Source: an uncultured archaeon (lineage in GTDB: Archaea; Thermoplasmatota; Thermoplasmata; Thermoplasmatales; Thermoplasmataceae). Taken from it: 64,000 nucleotides of DNA. This document shows, piece by piece, positions 40,671 through 50,881 of this stretch. Within the stretch, counting starts at the first letter, position 1, and the number at the start of each line of letters is the position of its first letter. The stretch spans positions 1,056,001-1,120,000 of the forward strand of contig CP009479.1 of the NCBI GenBank assembly GCA_000965745.1. The letters run 5' to 3'. A program made the translations under genes and the position numbers. Below the pieces are notes generated by a model. It worked only from the letters and a program-made list of their open reading frames with translations. It searched no databases and was not told where the DNA came from.

Positions 40671-41889
40671 CTAGATGAGCGTTCTCTTAATTTCTATGCT
40701 ATTACAGTTTCATCCATTTTGTAGGTCCACCTGAATATGACTGGTGACCTGTTCAGCTCATCGAAATACTGGTCTATGCGTTCTTTGAGCTCTTCAAATC
40801 TCTTCACTCTTATCTCTTTCAGGAGCGTCCTTGTAATCTTGCTGAACAGCGTTTCGACGATGTTGAGCCATGATCCATGTTTGGGGGTGAACACAAACAC
40901 GAACCTGTTCGGAACGGTTGCGAGATACTTCCTTGTCTTCTCTGATGTGTGAACCCTGAGGTTGTCCAGGATCAGCCTCAGGGTTATCTCTTTTGGATAT
41001 GAGGAATCAAGCTTCTTCAGGAATCTTATGAAGTCGTCGCTATTGTGTGTTCTGGAGGTAATCTCCGTAACCTTTCCACTGTGAAGATTCAATCCTGCAA
41101 GAAGTGATAACGTGCCCAGTCTCCTGTATTCATAATCCCTCGTTACAGATGGGTATTTTCCGGGAACAGGAGGAAGCTCCTCAGATTTCAGTGACAGTGC
41201 CTGTATTCCAGGCTTCTCGTCGAATGATATTGTTATGGTATCCTTCAGGTCATCCTCTGCAGATCCGGAGTTGATAATTTCGACCTCCTTGTAAACATGA
41301 AGAATGGTTGCCATCTTGTTCTCGAAATCCTCATCCCTGTTCTCTACGTAATACCGGATCTTGTGCGGCCTGATCGCTGCAAGTGTCAGTATATCGTGAA
41401 TTGTGGAACGGCTCACGTCTCTCAATGATGGCCTGCTCATCCTTGCATGGGATGTGAGCAGGGAATATGTCCAGAGTTCATTGGGATATCCATGTTCCGA
41501 TGGTTTTGTGCAGGCAAGATTCAGGATCCATGCCTTATCGTCGTCGGTGATCCTGCGTGGCTTTCCTGGCCTTGGAAGATCAGCAAGAGCAGAATCAACG
41601 CCGAATTCTCTTAACTTGGAGAGGGTGTTCTTTACGGTGTTCTTATTTACATGGTTCTTCCTTGCTATGACTTCGTCGCTGAGATCAGCGATGTAGTCAA
41701 GAATTATTCCTGCCCTGATTACACGCCTTCTTTCCTCGCTCCTTGAATTCCTTATCTTTCCAAGATCTGCAAGCTGTTCTTCAGTGAACTTCGGTTTCGG
41801 AAAATTCCTCCTGAACACCATTTATATCCATAAGATATGAAAAGATGGTATATAATAATAGACTAATTATTAAGCGAACGATAATCTAG
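40671..41889 (-). mobile_element. IS630-family insertion sequence at a CTAG target
   Basis: Inverted ends CTAGATGAGCGTTCTCTTAAT and CTAGATTATCGTTCGCTTAAT (18/21); CTAG on both sides, consistent with TA duplication. Confidence 0.9.
40694..41821 (-). CDS. IS630-family transposase
   Basis: DLPRPGKP, SFDEKP, LILDNLRVH, TPKHGSWLNIVE DDE motifs. Confidence 0.95.
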   Translation of the reverse strand: MVFRRNFPKPKFTEEQLADLGKIRNSRSEERRRVIRAGIILDYIADLSDEVIARKNHVNKNTVKNTLSKLREFGVDSALADLPRPGKPRRITDDDKAWILNLACTKPSEHGYPNELWTYSLLTSHARMSRPSLRDVSRSTIHDILTLAAIRPHKIRYYVENRDEDFENKMATILHVYKEVEIINSGSAEDDLKDTITISFDEKPGIQALSLKSEELPPVPGKYPSVTRDYEYRRLGTLSLLAGLNLHSGKVTEITSRTHNSDDFIRFLKKLDSSYPKEITLRLILDNLRVHTSEKTRKYLATVPNRFVFVFTPKHGSWLNIVETLFSKITRTLLKEIRVKRFEELKERIDQYFDELNRSPVIFRWTYKMDETVIA

Positions 41890-42586
41890 AATTCCTACCA
41901 GATTCTTCTTAAGGTACTGGATTCTTGGCACATTTGTACTCATCCTTTTCGTTCTTCTGATGCTTTCCAGCGAGGCTTACTTCTACGTTCCCCTCCTGGA
42001 CAGGGCCGGATTTCTTCTCTTCATGTCTTTCGCGATTTCTTTTCTAGTGTATGTTTATTTTGAGCTCACTAACATACGGGATGCGGCCGTATCCGAGTAT
42101 CCATACTACTACGATTATAATGGAATATACAGGGCAAACAACCTGATAGCTGACTGGACAGAAGTGAAAAAGGTGAGCTTCAAGAGGGTGGCTTTTACCG
42201 AAACAATAACAGCAGACTATACCGAATATCCCAGAAGCGGGTTGATGACCAGACAGCCCCTGAATAACGTGATGCATAACGTGAATGTCAGTGAGATAAA
42301 AGTCAGGAAGAGACTTTCAGTTGTTGAAATCCACAAATCTTCCGCCAGTAAATTCAGGCCGGATATAGTGATTGACATGTCCCCAAAGCGCTTCCTCATC
42401 AACAGGACCTGCATGAAAATGAAGAGGTATGTGGAGATGAGGGCAGCAAACGTTGAGTTTGATGTGGATATTGACATAGATGAGGGGGCTCATCAGAAGA
42501 CTCTGAGTCCTCAATGCAAACCACTGAATAATCCTCCTGAGGCAGATTCCGCAGAATCACTGAAAGTTGATCCTGCTGGTGGCTGA
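41890..42586 (+). pseudogene. Membrane protein gene separated from its start codon (ATG 40664) by IS630
   Basis: Removing the IS restores MSTRIPTRFFLRYWILGTFVLILFVLLMLSS in frame with ORF 41960-42586. Confidence 0.75.
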
Positions 42587-42822
42587 AAATTGCCGCTCCG
42601 TCTCTTCTGTTTGTAGAATGAAATCATGGTGCCTATTCAAGCGTTAAAAAATATTCCCATTAGAATCCTCCCTGATTATTATTGTTAACATCTTGCTGTA
42701 AAAAAGAGCCACTTTATTGAAAATCCAACCCTTAACACAACAAACACACAATATCGAGATAATCAAAGAACCCTAAATATTGATGGAGCCGTATTAAGTT
42801 AACAGAGAAGTTTCAGAAATAT

Positions 42823-43305
42823 ATGTATGCAGTCACCTTCATCAGAATGGTCGAGGATGAGTACACCGGCCTCCTCAATGATTGCAATGCCCTCAAACAG
42901 GCAAACGGATTGGACCTGTTCGAGAAACCAACATTTATATGTGAAAGAGTCCAGAAGTTCAGAAATTGGCTTACAATGGCAATAAGAAGTGCTGAAATTA
43001 CCGGGAATGGAGTCTCATTAAAAGCCGAGGACGTCCTCCTGGACGCTGCAATAACGAAAAAACAGTCTCCTCCGTATGAACCCCTCCACCCTCGAATAGG
43101 AAGTGTCCTTACATTGTATGAGAGGACAGATCTTGATGGAATACTTGGAGAGAAGAGAAGGCTTTCGCTCGAGCAGGGGATACAAAAAGAGATCAACGAA
43201 TGCAGGTTTAAAGTCTGCTACACTCACTGCCAGTTCATCAAATCCAATTTAAGGCGGTCATCACAGGACTTCAGCTCAGACAACGAGCCATCTCCTATTA
43301 CCTGA
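42823..43305 (+). CDS. Hypothetical protein
   Basis: 160-aa ORF filling the gap, with an AT-rich upstream region; no recognised motif. Confidence 0.55.
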   Translation: MYAVTFIRMVEDEYTGLLNDCNALKQANGLDLFEKPTFICERVQKFRNWLTMAIRSAEITGNGVSLKAEDVLLDAAITKKQSPPYEPLHPRIGSVLTLYERTDLDGILGEKRRLSLEQGIQKEINECRFKVCYTHCQFIKSNLRRSSQDFSSDNEPSPIT

Positions 43306-43350
43306 TATCTCCAAGATACCATGTTAAAGAGATATAGTCTGACATACAGG

Positions 43351-44493
43351 TCATTGAACTATTCTTGATCTTGCCTTCTTTGCATATTCATCCGATATAT
43401 CTATTCCAACGTACCTTCTGTTTAGATCATGGGCAACCTTCGTGGTTGTTCCTACACCATTGAATGGGTCAAGAACCAGGTCACCCTTAAAACTGAACAG
43501 CTTAATTACCCTCTCCGCAAGTTTCTCAGGGAACATGGCCGGGTGTCCGAAATCTCTCATCTTTCTCTCAGGGGCGATGTTCCATCTCGCGTTTACCCAG
43601 CTCTTGAATTCTGTGCCGGTTATGTCGGATTTGTCTCTGTCGCCACGATGCTTAAGGTCTCCCTTGGAAAAAACTTCAATGAACTCCCATGTGTATTTTA
43701 GATATGGGTTGCTGGGGCTTTTCCAGCTTCCCCAGGCAGTGTATTTGGCATTGTAGTTGTTCTTCTCCCACAAAATCTCGTTTCTCCAGATCATCTTTCT
43801 CCCGGTCAGGAAATTTGAGATAATGTGGTGTACAGGTATGTAATCAGAATAGAGTGGCTGAACGTTGATTGCGATTCTGCCTCCAAATTTCGTTACTCTC
43901 ACACATTCGCCCAGTATCGTGAAAAGCTTGCCAAAGTAACTGTTCCAGTTCACTCCGTCCTCGTGGTCCTCATACTCAAGGCCGAAATTGTACGGGGGTG
44001 AAGTCAGGACAAGATCAACTGAGTTATCGGGATAATCTTTCAGAATTTCCTCTGAATCACCACATACAATCCTGTCTGCCAGCTTTTCGGGAACTTCATT
44101 GTTGCTGTCAACAAAATTGCTGTCCCTGGCATAATAGTACATCCCCCTGTTTACTGCCTTCTGCTTTCTGCCTTTTACCTTCCTTTCCCTGTTATAGTCA
44201 ACAAATGAAAGCTTACCGGCCTTTACCCCGTAGCTTCCGATTGACTCAACCTTCAGGAGCAGTTCTGTGAAAATGTTATCATGCGGAAGGCCGGCTTTCT
44301 CCACTTCAACTCCTATTTTCGACCTGAACCTGCTGATGTCCATCCTGTTGAGGTGAAGTTCAATCCCTCCATTCTGCGGTGAGATGTAGAGATCATCCCT
44401 GGAGAAAACTCTGTTGATCGAATCGATAATCATTCTCTCGGCCTCGCTGATCTCCCGGCCGATTTCAACCTCTATCTTCAGGTATTCCGTCAT
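43351..44493 (-). CDS. Beta-class N4-C/N6-A DNA methyltransferase with an N-terminal extension
   Basis: LTSPPYN (motif IV) precedes HPAMFP and LDPFNGVGTT (motif I); start at ATG 44493. Confidence 0.9.
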   Translation of the reverse strand: MTEYLKIEVEIGREISEAERMIIDSINRVFSRDDLYISPQNGGIELHLNRMDISRFRSKIGVEVEKAGLPHDNIFTELLLKVESIGSYGVKAGKLSFVDYNRERKVKGRKQKAVNRGMYYYARDSNFVDSNNEVPEKLADRIVCGDSEEILKDYPDNSVDLVLTSPPYNFGLEYEDHEDGVNWNSYFGKLFTILGECVRVTKFGGRIAINVQPLYSDYIPVHHIISNFLTGRKMIWRNEILWEKNNYNAKYTAWGSWKSPSNPYLKYTWEFIEVFSKGDLKHRGDRDKSDITGTEFKSWVNARWNIAPERKMRDFGHPAMFPEKLAERVIKLFSFKGDLVLDPFNGVGTTTKVAHDLNRRYVGIDISDEYAKKARSRIVQ

Positions 44494-44641
44494 GTTTCTG
44501 TGGCCTGAATTCACAAGCCACCCTTGCCCCCTTATGCCACAATGAGAACGCACAATTATAATAATTGCTGCTGCAATGGATTTCTGGAGTACCTGGGCAG
44601 TTGTATGCCGACATTTAAGTGTGATGATCCCCTGATCAAAT

Positions 44642-44878
44642 ATGTCCGACGAAGAAACATTCACATCGGAGGATCTCAGGAAGGATGTTGAGACCATAGA
44701 TAAAATAACAAAGGACTGGAGGCAGAAGATGGAATATCTGCCTGCAGATCAGCAGTTCGCCATGTTCAGAAGGGCAGTCAGGCACATTGAGAAAGGCATG
44801 GACCTGGTAGAGAAAATAATGTCAAAATTCATCACGGATGACGAAAATGAAACCGGGGGCGAACCAGATCAGCCTTAA
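44642..44878 (+). CDS. Small helical hypothetical protein
   Basis: 78 aa with host-like codons; TTTAA box upstream. Confidence 0.6.
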   Translation: MSDEETFTSEDLRKDVETIDKITKDWRQKMEYLPADQQFAMFRRAVRHIEKGMDLVEKIMSKFITDDENETGGEPDQP

Positions 44879-45603
44879 TGTCCTGAAAACGCCGATATCA
44901 TGGAATCCCATGCTCTATCTGTGGGTTGATACCCGTCAAGAATAGGCACTTCCACCTCTGCCGCACCATTTTCAATCCCGAACCTGTTAAACCATACAGG
45001 CTTGATTCCAACGCCAATAGCCCCAAGAATATCACTGTCGAGTGAATCACCAACCATCAGGGACTTCTCGGGCAGCGTTCCAGTTTTCCTCATGGCAATT
45101 CTGAATATTTCGGGGTCAGGCTTCATGATTCCGTAGTCCTGGGAAATTGTCATGCTGTCTATGTAGCCATCCAAGCCACAGTGCTTAACTTTCCTGTACT
45201 GCATTTCTGCTATGTTGTTTGTTATTACTGACACTGTTACACCATGTTCCCTGGCTTTCTTGAGAATTTCAGCAGCACCGGGAATTGCCGAGGTGCCAGA
45301 AATATAAAGTTCCCCGTAATCTGAGACAAGCTTGCCGAGTTCATCCCCGCCGATACTGTGGCCAACTGTTTCGAACAGATTCCTGAATCTCGCCGCCCAG
45401 TTCTCCTGTATAGTAATCCTGTTAAGGATGAGGAGTTCCCAGTACTTCTGGAAATCCTTCTGCCATAGCATTTCCAGCTCATCAAGTTCAATTGCACCCA
45501 GTACTTCATACTCTTCCTGTAGCTTGGACAGGGCGGATCTTGCGGCGGTGCCATGGTCTATCAGGGTATCGTCGAGATCGAAGAATATTACGTCGGGCAG
45601 CAT
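44875..45603 (-). CDS. HAD-superfamily hydrolase (YjjG-like)
   Basis: FDLDDTL, ITN, KPDPEIF, VGDSLDSDILGA motifs; start at ATG 45603. Confidence 0.9.
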   Translation of the reverse strand: MLPDVIFFDLDDTLIDHGTAARSALSKLQEEYEVLGAIELDELEMLWQKDFQKYWELLILNRITIQENWAARFRNLFETVGHSIGGDELGKLVSDYGELYISGTSAIPGAAEILKKAREHGVTVSVITNNIAEMQYRKVKHCGLDGYIDSMTISQDYGIMKPDPEIFRIAMRKTGTLPEKSLMVGDSLDSDILGAIGVGIKPVWFNRFGIENGAAEVEVPILDGYQPTDRAWDSMISAFSGH

Positions 45604-45707
45604 CAGGATTGCTTTAATTGTAGCCTTGGATATAAAGTTGACAGTGGGCCCCTGCTTCCAGTATGATTTTATCAATACGGCGGTAATTACAGGGAGGGGA
45701 CATAGCA

Positions 45708-46925
45708 TTGAAACCGGGCAGGGGCATCGATGAAAGACAGGCAAAGGGAAAGCCGGGAAAATTACCTGTAGTCGTCCAGATGCTTCTTTTCATGACCCTG
45801 GGGAATTTCAGCAACTCTTCCTACTCCCCCCTTGCACCCTTCATAAAGAACAGTTTCCTTCTCACTTCTGCAGAGGTCGGGCTCATAACAAGCGTGATCT
45901 TCATGGGGGCTATCACGGTCTCTCTTTTTTCAGGGTTTCTTGTGGACCGCCTTGGTCCTTACACCGCCATAAAAATCTCGTTTGCCATAATTGCTTCAGG
46001 CGCAGTTATAATATTCCTCGGGCATACATACAGCGTTCTCATCGGGGGATATTACGCAATAGGATTCGGGTATGGGATCATAACGCCTGCTTCAAACAGC
46101 CTGATGATGAAGGAATATTACCCCGACCATGCAACAAGAATGGGTGTCAAGCAGTCCGGGGTTCCACTTGGTGCAGCATTTTCGGCAGCTATCCTGCCTA
46201 TTATTGCATTAAATTTCACACTTCGCGGCAGCTACCTCATCCTCATAATAATGGCATTGGCCATTGCAATCGTCCTGCCATGGGAGAGGAGAAAGGAGAG
46301 TGGTCAGAGAATTGGCAAGGGATATATCAAAGACCTGCTTTCGGCCGGAAGAAGCAGGCCCCTTCTCGCAGTGGCTGTAGCTGTAGTATTTCTTTCCTGG
46401 GGACAGCAGACTCTCCTCACTTTCTTTGTTCTGTTCGAGGAATCGAAGGGAATCCCGATCATTTTTGCAGAAGCTCTCCTGATTGTACTGCTGGCAGGGT
46501 CAGTGTTCGGAAGGATGTTCTGGGCTTACGTCAGCGACAGGGTGTTCAGGAAGAACAGAGTGCATACCCTCTCATTGATAATGGCAATTGCCGGATTAGT
46601 CTTCGTAATGTTCAACCTGAATGGGAGCAACTACGCTCTTGCTGTTGCCTTCTCATTTATCATAGGGATGAATGCAGTCGGATGGAACAGCACTTATGTT
46701 ACGGTCATATCAGAAATAGCCCCAAGGGCAAAAGTCGGCCTCTTCAGCGGAGTGAGCCTCATGCTCACCGGAATGGGCACGATCATAGGAACCCCGGTCT
46801 CTGGGGTTATCAGGGACATGTTCTCATTCATGGAGATGTGGACAGTACTTGGCAGCGCTCTCATGGTGATGTCCATGGTTTTCCTGTTTGTCGGAAGCAA
46901 ATATGTAAAAAGCAGTTATAGCTGA
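45708..46925 (+). CDS. MFS transporter
   Basis: GFLVDRLGP, GVKQSGVPLG, VSDRVF; 12 TM helices. Confidence 0.88.
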   Translation: MKPGRGIDERQAKGKPGKLPVVVQMLLFMTLGNFSNSSYSPLAPFIKNSFLLTSAEVGLITSVIFMGAITVSLFSGFLVDRLGPYTAIKISFAIIASGAVIIFLGHTYSVLIGGYYAIGFGYGIITPASNSLMMKEYYPDHATRMGVKQSGVPLGAAFSAAILPIIALNFTLRGSYLILIIMALAIAIVLPWERRKESGQRIGKGYIKDLLSAGRSRPLLAVAVAVVFLSWGQQTLLTFFVLFEESKGIPIIFAEALLIVLLAGSVFGRMFWAYVSDRVFRKNRVHTLSLIMAIAGLVFVMFNLNGSNYALAVAFSFIIGMNAVGWNSTYVTVISEIAPRAKVGLFSGVSLMLTGMGTIIGTPVSGVIRDMFSFMEMWTVLGSALMVMSMVFLFVGSKYVKSSYS

Positions 46926-46943
46926 ACTTCATATGCCAGTCCA

Positions 46944-48134
46944 TCAGAACAACGATATTTTTCCCTTTACAAGCAGCTCTGTTATGTGATCTATGTCCGA
47001 TAGGTGCTCGCTCACTATCCCCTTTATCCTTCTCTTCTCTTCCACGGAAGTACTCTCCCTCACAGATACTGAAGTGACCTGTGGAACCTCAATGGGCTCG
47101 CCTATCTTGCCCACAATCTTCACCGTTACCGGTTTGTCCAGTGCATCATATATATCGCTTGAAATGCGTTTTGCAAGAATATTGTATATTTTTCCAATGT
47201 GATTGACAGGATTCTTCCCGGCAACAGCCTCGAAGCTCATCGCCCTGTTTGGCGTAATGAGACCGTTCACCCTGTTTCCCCTCCCGACTGCACCATCATC
47301 CCCATGCTCTGCACTGGTCCCCGTTACTGTCAGATAGCAGCCGTCCCTGCCCTGCTCTCTGTCATCGAGCGCATTGAGTGAAACGCTGAATGTGAAATCA
47401 GAAGGGATCATGAAGCGAACACTTCCGACAAGCTCCTCAAGGAGCTTCGCCTTCTTGTCGTAATAGGAATCTATGGTTGGGAGGAACTTGTCAACAAAAG
47501 CATTGGCGATGGTGATATCAAGCCTCTTGCCCGTTCTCACAGCAAGAATCTTCACATCCTCCCCGGAGAACGAGAACTCGTTCTTGAACTCCCAACTGCT
47601 GATTACGTTCTCCATCTCCAGGACAATGTTCTCAGTGGGCGTAAGGGGTGCAAAGCCCGCACCATACGATGTGTCATTCGAGAAGACTCCGAGCCTCTGG
47701 TAAACATTTGAGAGGCTTGCGGACCCGGACTTGGTTTCGAAGAGGTATCTGACACTGTTGAGGTCAATGAATCTCATGTTCCTCTCAAGCCATTCCTCTG
47801 ATGAATTGGTGGCTATATCCATAATGGGCAGCCTCTGGTCCTCAATCGTTTCCGTGGCTCTCCCTGAAAAGAGGATCGATATAGGAGTTATGACCCGCCC
47901 TCCACCAAAGTCCGGAAAGGTCCTTCCTCCGATTATCTCAAGCTTGTCCACATTATGGTGGAGGATTTTTCCAAAATTGTCGAGGTAGTACCGGGAAAGA
48001 TTACGGGAAAACGTCTCAGCAATCGAATCGGCCATGTAGTCAGGATGCCCTAGACCTTTTCTCTCCACGATTTCAACCCTCTGCTTCTCAACTGGAGTGC
48101 CCCTGATTCTTTCAACAATAACCTTTCCATTCAT
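46944..48134 (-). CDS. mat: Archaeal-type methionine adenosyltransferase
   Basis: [59 protein letters not shown] motifs. Confidence 0.94.
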   Translation of the reverse strand: MNGKVIVERIRGTPVEKQRVEIVERKGLGHPDYMADSIAETFSRNLSRYYLDNFGKILHHNVDKLEIIGGRTFPDFGGGRVITPISILFSGRATETIEDQRLPIMDIATNSSEEWLERNMRFIDLNSVRYLFETKSGSASLSNVYQRLGVFSNDTSYGAGFAPLTPTENIVLEMENVISSWEFKNEFSFSGEDVKILAVRTGKRLDITIANAFVDKFLPTIDSYYDKKAKLLEELVGSVRFMIPSDFTFSVSLNALDDREQGRDGCYLTVTGTSAEHGDDGAVGRGNRVNGLITPNRAMSFEAVAGKNPVNHIGKIYNILAKRISSDIYDALDKPVTVKIVGKIGEPIEVPQVTSVSVRESTSVEEKRRIKGIVSEHLSDIDHITELLVKGKISLF

Positions 48135-48318
48135 GCTGTGAGATCACCGGTCCATTTACATGCATTCAGCGAACTATAAACACTTCCTCATAATATTAAG
48201 GAAAAGTCGACGCGTGATTTTTCGGCAGTGGAATATGGAAACGTTTTAAACTCCCTGACTCTTCTATCAGTTGACGGTATCTGAGTGAAGCCGGAAATAT
48301 TGGAGTTGACACAATAAT

Positions 48319-49803
48319 ATGGATTTCAGGGTGGAAGAGGCATCGATAGAGCAGATTCATGCGGCATTCAAGTCAGGAGATCTGACCTCCAGAAAACTGG
48401 TTGAGCATTATCTCAGGCGGATTGAAGCCTTCGACCGGAATGGCCCGGGCATAAATTCAATCGTAACACTGAACAGGGAAGCTCTTTCCGAAGCCGACAG
48501 GCTTGACCGAATGCTCTCAGAGACATGGATACTGAAAGGCCCGCTGCATGGAATCCCTTTCCTGATCAAGGACCAGATTGAAACAAGGAGGATAAGGACA
48601 ACATTCGGATCAAAGGCCTTTGAAAACTACGTTCCTGATGCGGACGCAACCATAGTCAGGAGGATAAAAGAGTCGGGCGGCATAGTCCTTGGCAAGGCAA
48701 ACATGCCTGATTTTGGGGTAAGCTGGTATGGTGTATCCTCCGTTCTCGGTGACACACTGAACCCCTACGATACTTCGCGCGACCCTGGAGGCTCAAGCAG
48801 CGGGATAGGTGCGGGAATAGCAGCGAATTTTGCCACCGTTGGGATAGGAGAGGACACCGCAGGCTCAATCAGGGTCCCATCTTCATTCAACAACCTCTTC
48901 GGCATTAGGGTAACCACCGGCCTCATAAGCAGATCGGGGATGTGCCCAATCATAAATTTCCAGGATACTCCGGGCCCGATGGCAAGGAATGTGAAGGACC
49001 TTTCCACAGTCCTGGATGTTATCGCAGGATACGACAAGGAGGACTCTGCCACATCTATGTCAGTGTTTTCCGGATCACTCGGAAACTTCAGGTCCTCACT
49101 GATGGGCGGGGAACTCAGGGGATCGAGAATTGGGATTCTCAGGGATTCTTTTCCCGGGCACGATGAGGATGTGAGCCTCGTGATGGGGAGGGCAATCCAC
49201 ACAATGAGCTCAAACGGTGCGGATATTGTTGATCCTGTTGAAATCAGCGACCTTCCGGCGCGCATTAAAAATTCCGGCCTTTATGACATACAGACAAAAT
49301 ACGATCTCAATGGATTTATCCGGACCAGGAAGGGATCTCCGATGAAGTCCGTGGAGGATATAGTCTCCGCCGGGATGTATCACGAGCTTATCGACATACT
49401 GGAATACGTTTCCAGGGGCGAGTCTCTGCCAGAAGAGCATCCGGAATACTACAGGAGGAGGTTCGGCCAGAACGAGCTGAGGAAAGCCATAATCGAACTT
49501 ATCGTATCTTCCGGACTTGACGCAATAATGTATCCTTCCGCAAGAATACTTCCACCTGCAAAGGACGATATAAGGGGGAGGAAATGGGCTGGCCTGGGCT
49601 TTCCGGTTAACTCATTCATATCTTCACATTCAGGATGCCCATCGATAGCGGTCCCCGCAGGTTTCACCAGCGGCGGGATACCTGTGGGGTTCGAACTGCT
49701 CGCGAAACCGCTGGATGAACAGAAGCTACTTAACCTTGCATATTCGTATGAACTGGTTGCGAATCCAAGAAGGTCTCCTGAAACCACTCCCGACCTGGCA
49801 TAA
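48319..49803 (+). CDS. Amidase-signature family enzyme
   Basis: LHGIPFLIKD, PGGSSSG and GEDTAGSIRVPS give the Lys-Ser-Ser triad. Confidence 0.92.
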   Translation: MDFRVEEASIEQIHAAFKSGDLTSRKLVEHYLRRIEAFDRNGPGINSIVTLNREALSEADRLDRMLSETWILKGPLHGIPFLIKDQIETRRIRTTFGSKAFENYVPDADATIVRRIKESGGIVLGKANMPDFGVSWYGVSSVLGDTLNPYDTSRDPGGSSSGIGAGIAANFATVGIGEDTAGSIRVPSSFNNLFGIRVTTGLISRSGMCPIINFQDTPGPMARNVKDLSTVLDVIAGYDKEDSATSMSVFSGSLGNFRSSLMGGELRGSRIGILRDSFPGHDEDVSLVMGRAIHTMSSNGADIVDPVEISDLPARIKNSGLYDIQTKYDLNGFIRTRKGSPMKSVEDIVSAGMYHELIDILEYVSRGESLPEEHPEYYRRRFGQNELRKAIIELIVSSGLDAIMYPSARILPPAKDDIRGRKWAGLGFPVNSFISSHSGCPSIAVPAGFTSGGIPVGFELLAKPLDEQKLLNLAYSYELVANPRRSPETTPDLA

Positions 49804-49830
49804 GGGCTCTCAAATCTGACAACCCCATCC

Positions 49831-50307
49831 CTACGTGTTGATCCAGAGTATGGAAAAGTTCAGAAGTGTAGCAACAGTTCCCCAGGAAAGGTATGGAAAC
49901 AGGAGATATGCCGAAACTTTGCTTAAAGCCCTGAATTCTATGATCGTGGCCACGATGAAAAACCAGAGGAATACAATTTCCACAGCTCCAAAGAGTATTT
50001 CGTGAAGGCCGAAGAATATGAGGGACCAGATCACGTTAAGCGCAAGCTGAATGAAGAAAAGGACGTATGGCAGCACAAGTTCCTTTCTGTTCCTGCCACT
50101 GGTCCAGACAACGTAGAGCGCAATTCCCATGAGGAAGTAAAGAGTCAGCCACATTGGCGCAAAAAGCCAGTTTGGCGGTGTTATGGGGCTTTTGTTCAGG
50201 GCTGCATACCATGTGGGAATGGCTTCATAGGTGAAGATGGAACCCAACCCTCCTGCACCTTCTGTAATGATTATCGATATCACAAATTTCAGCCAGTTAA
50301 ATTGCAT
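49831..50307 (-). CDS. tspO: TspO/MBR tryptophan-rich sensory protein
   Basis: WYAALNKSPITPPNWLFAPMW, QLALNVIWSLIFFG, PYLSW motifs. Confidence 0.92.
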   Translation of the reverse strand: MQFNWLKFVISIIITEGAGGLGSIFTYEAIPTWYAALNKSPITPPNWLFAPMWLTLYFLMGIALYVVWTSGRNRKELVLPYVLFFIQLALNVIWSLIFFGLHEILFGAVEIVFLWFFIVATIIEFRALSKVSAYLLFPYLSWGTVATLLNFSILWINT

Positions 50308-50881
50308 TGAAGTCGCCTTATTATATAGGTATAAAATGAATGGCGTTTTAATTCTTAACTTGATATATGAGGGTATAATAAGAAGTGCAAAAGCAGATTC
50401 TTTGCGAGGCATTGACAGTTGCATAAACGGGAACTTCAACTTCTCCCAAAGGATGCCCCCTGCTTCAACTCCCCCGTTGTGCTCTCACGTTCTTCGCTTG
50501 TTGTGGAACACCTTGGCATATAATCTGTGGATTCCCTTATATGGCACATTGAGAAGGATCAGGACAGGCTCCACATATTGGTGAACGGCATTTTGGGTGG
50601 TGGCAGGTACGCTCAATGGGACAGGAAGCTGCTGAGGCATGATATCTCAGGCGGATTGAAGATGCTTCGTATGGGCATTGACACCCATCTGATAACAAGC
50701 GCCAGGGCGCTCCCTCAGATGATTAAAACAGGAAATGCGCCCCTAGTCAAGATGACAGACGTAATCAGACCTGATTCTGAAATCAACGACAAAGGTCTCT
50801 CCGCTGATGAGACGGGTTGCAGACACCCATGATTTTAATTAAACCATTTACTATTATAACCTTAACCGGAACGTGTTATGA

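Noticed and set aside
1860-45744. Long N-terminal extensions given by the ORF track for FtsY, the tRNA-binding protein, GHMP kinase, MTase and HAD
   Set aside because: They overlap neighbours or promoters and precede the family's normal N-terminus; downstream ATGs were chosen
50400-50832. ORF 50527-50832 or a decayed metallo-hydrolase gene
   Set aside because: The frame is interrupted and has no diagnostic motif; too weak to call
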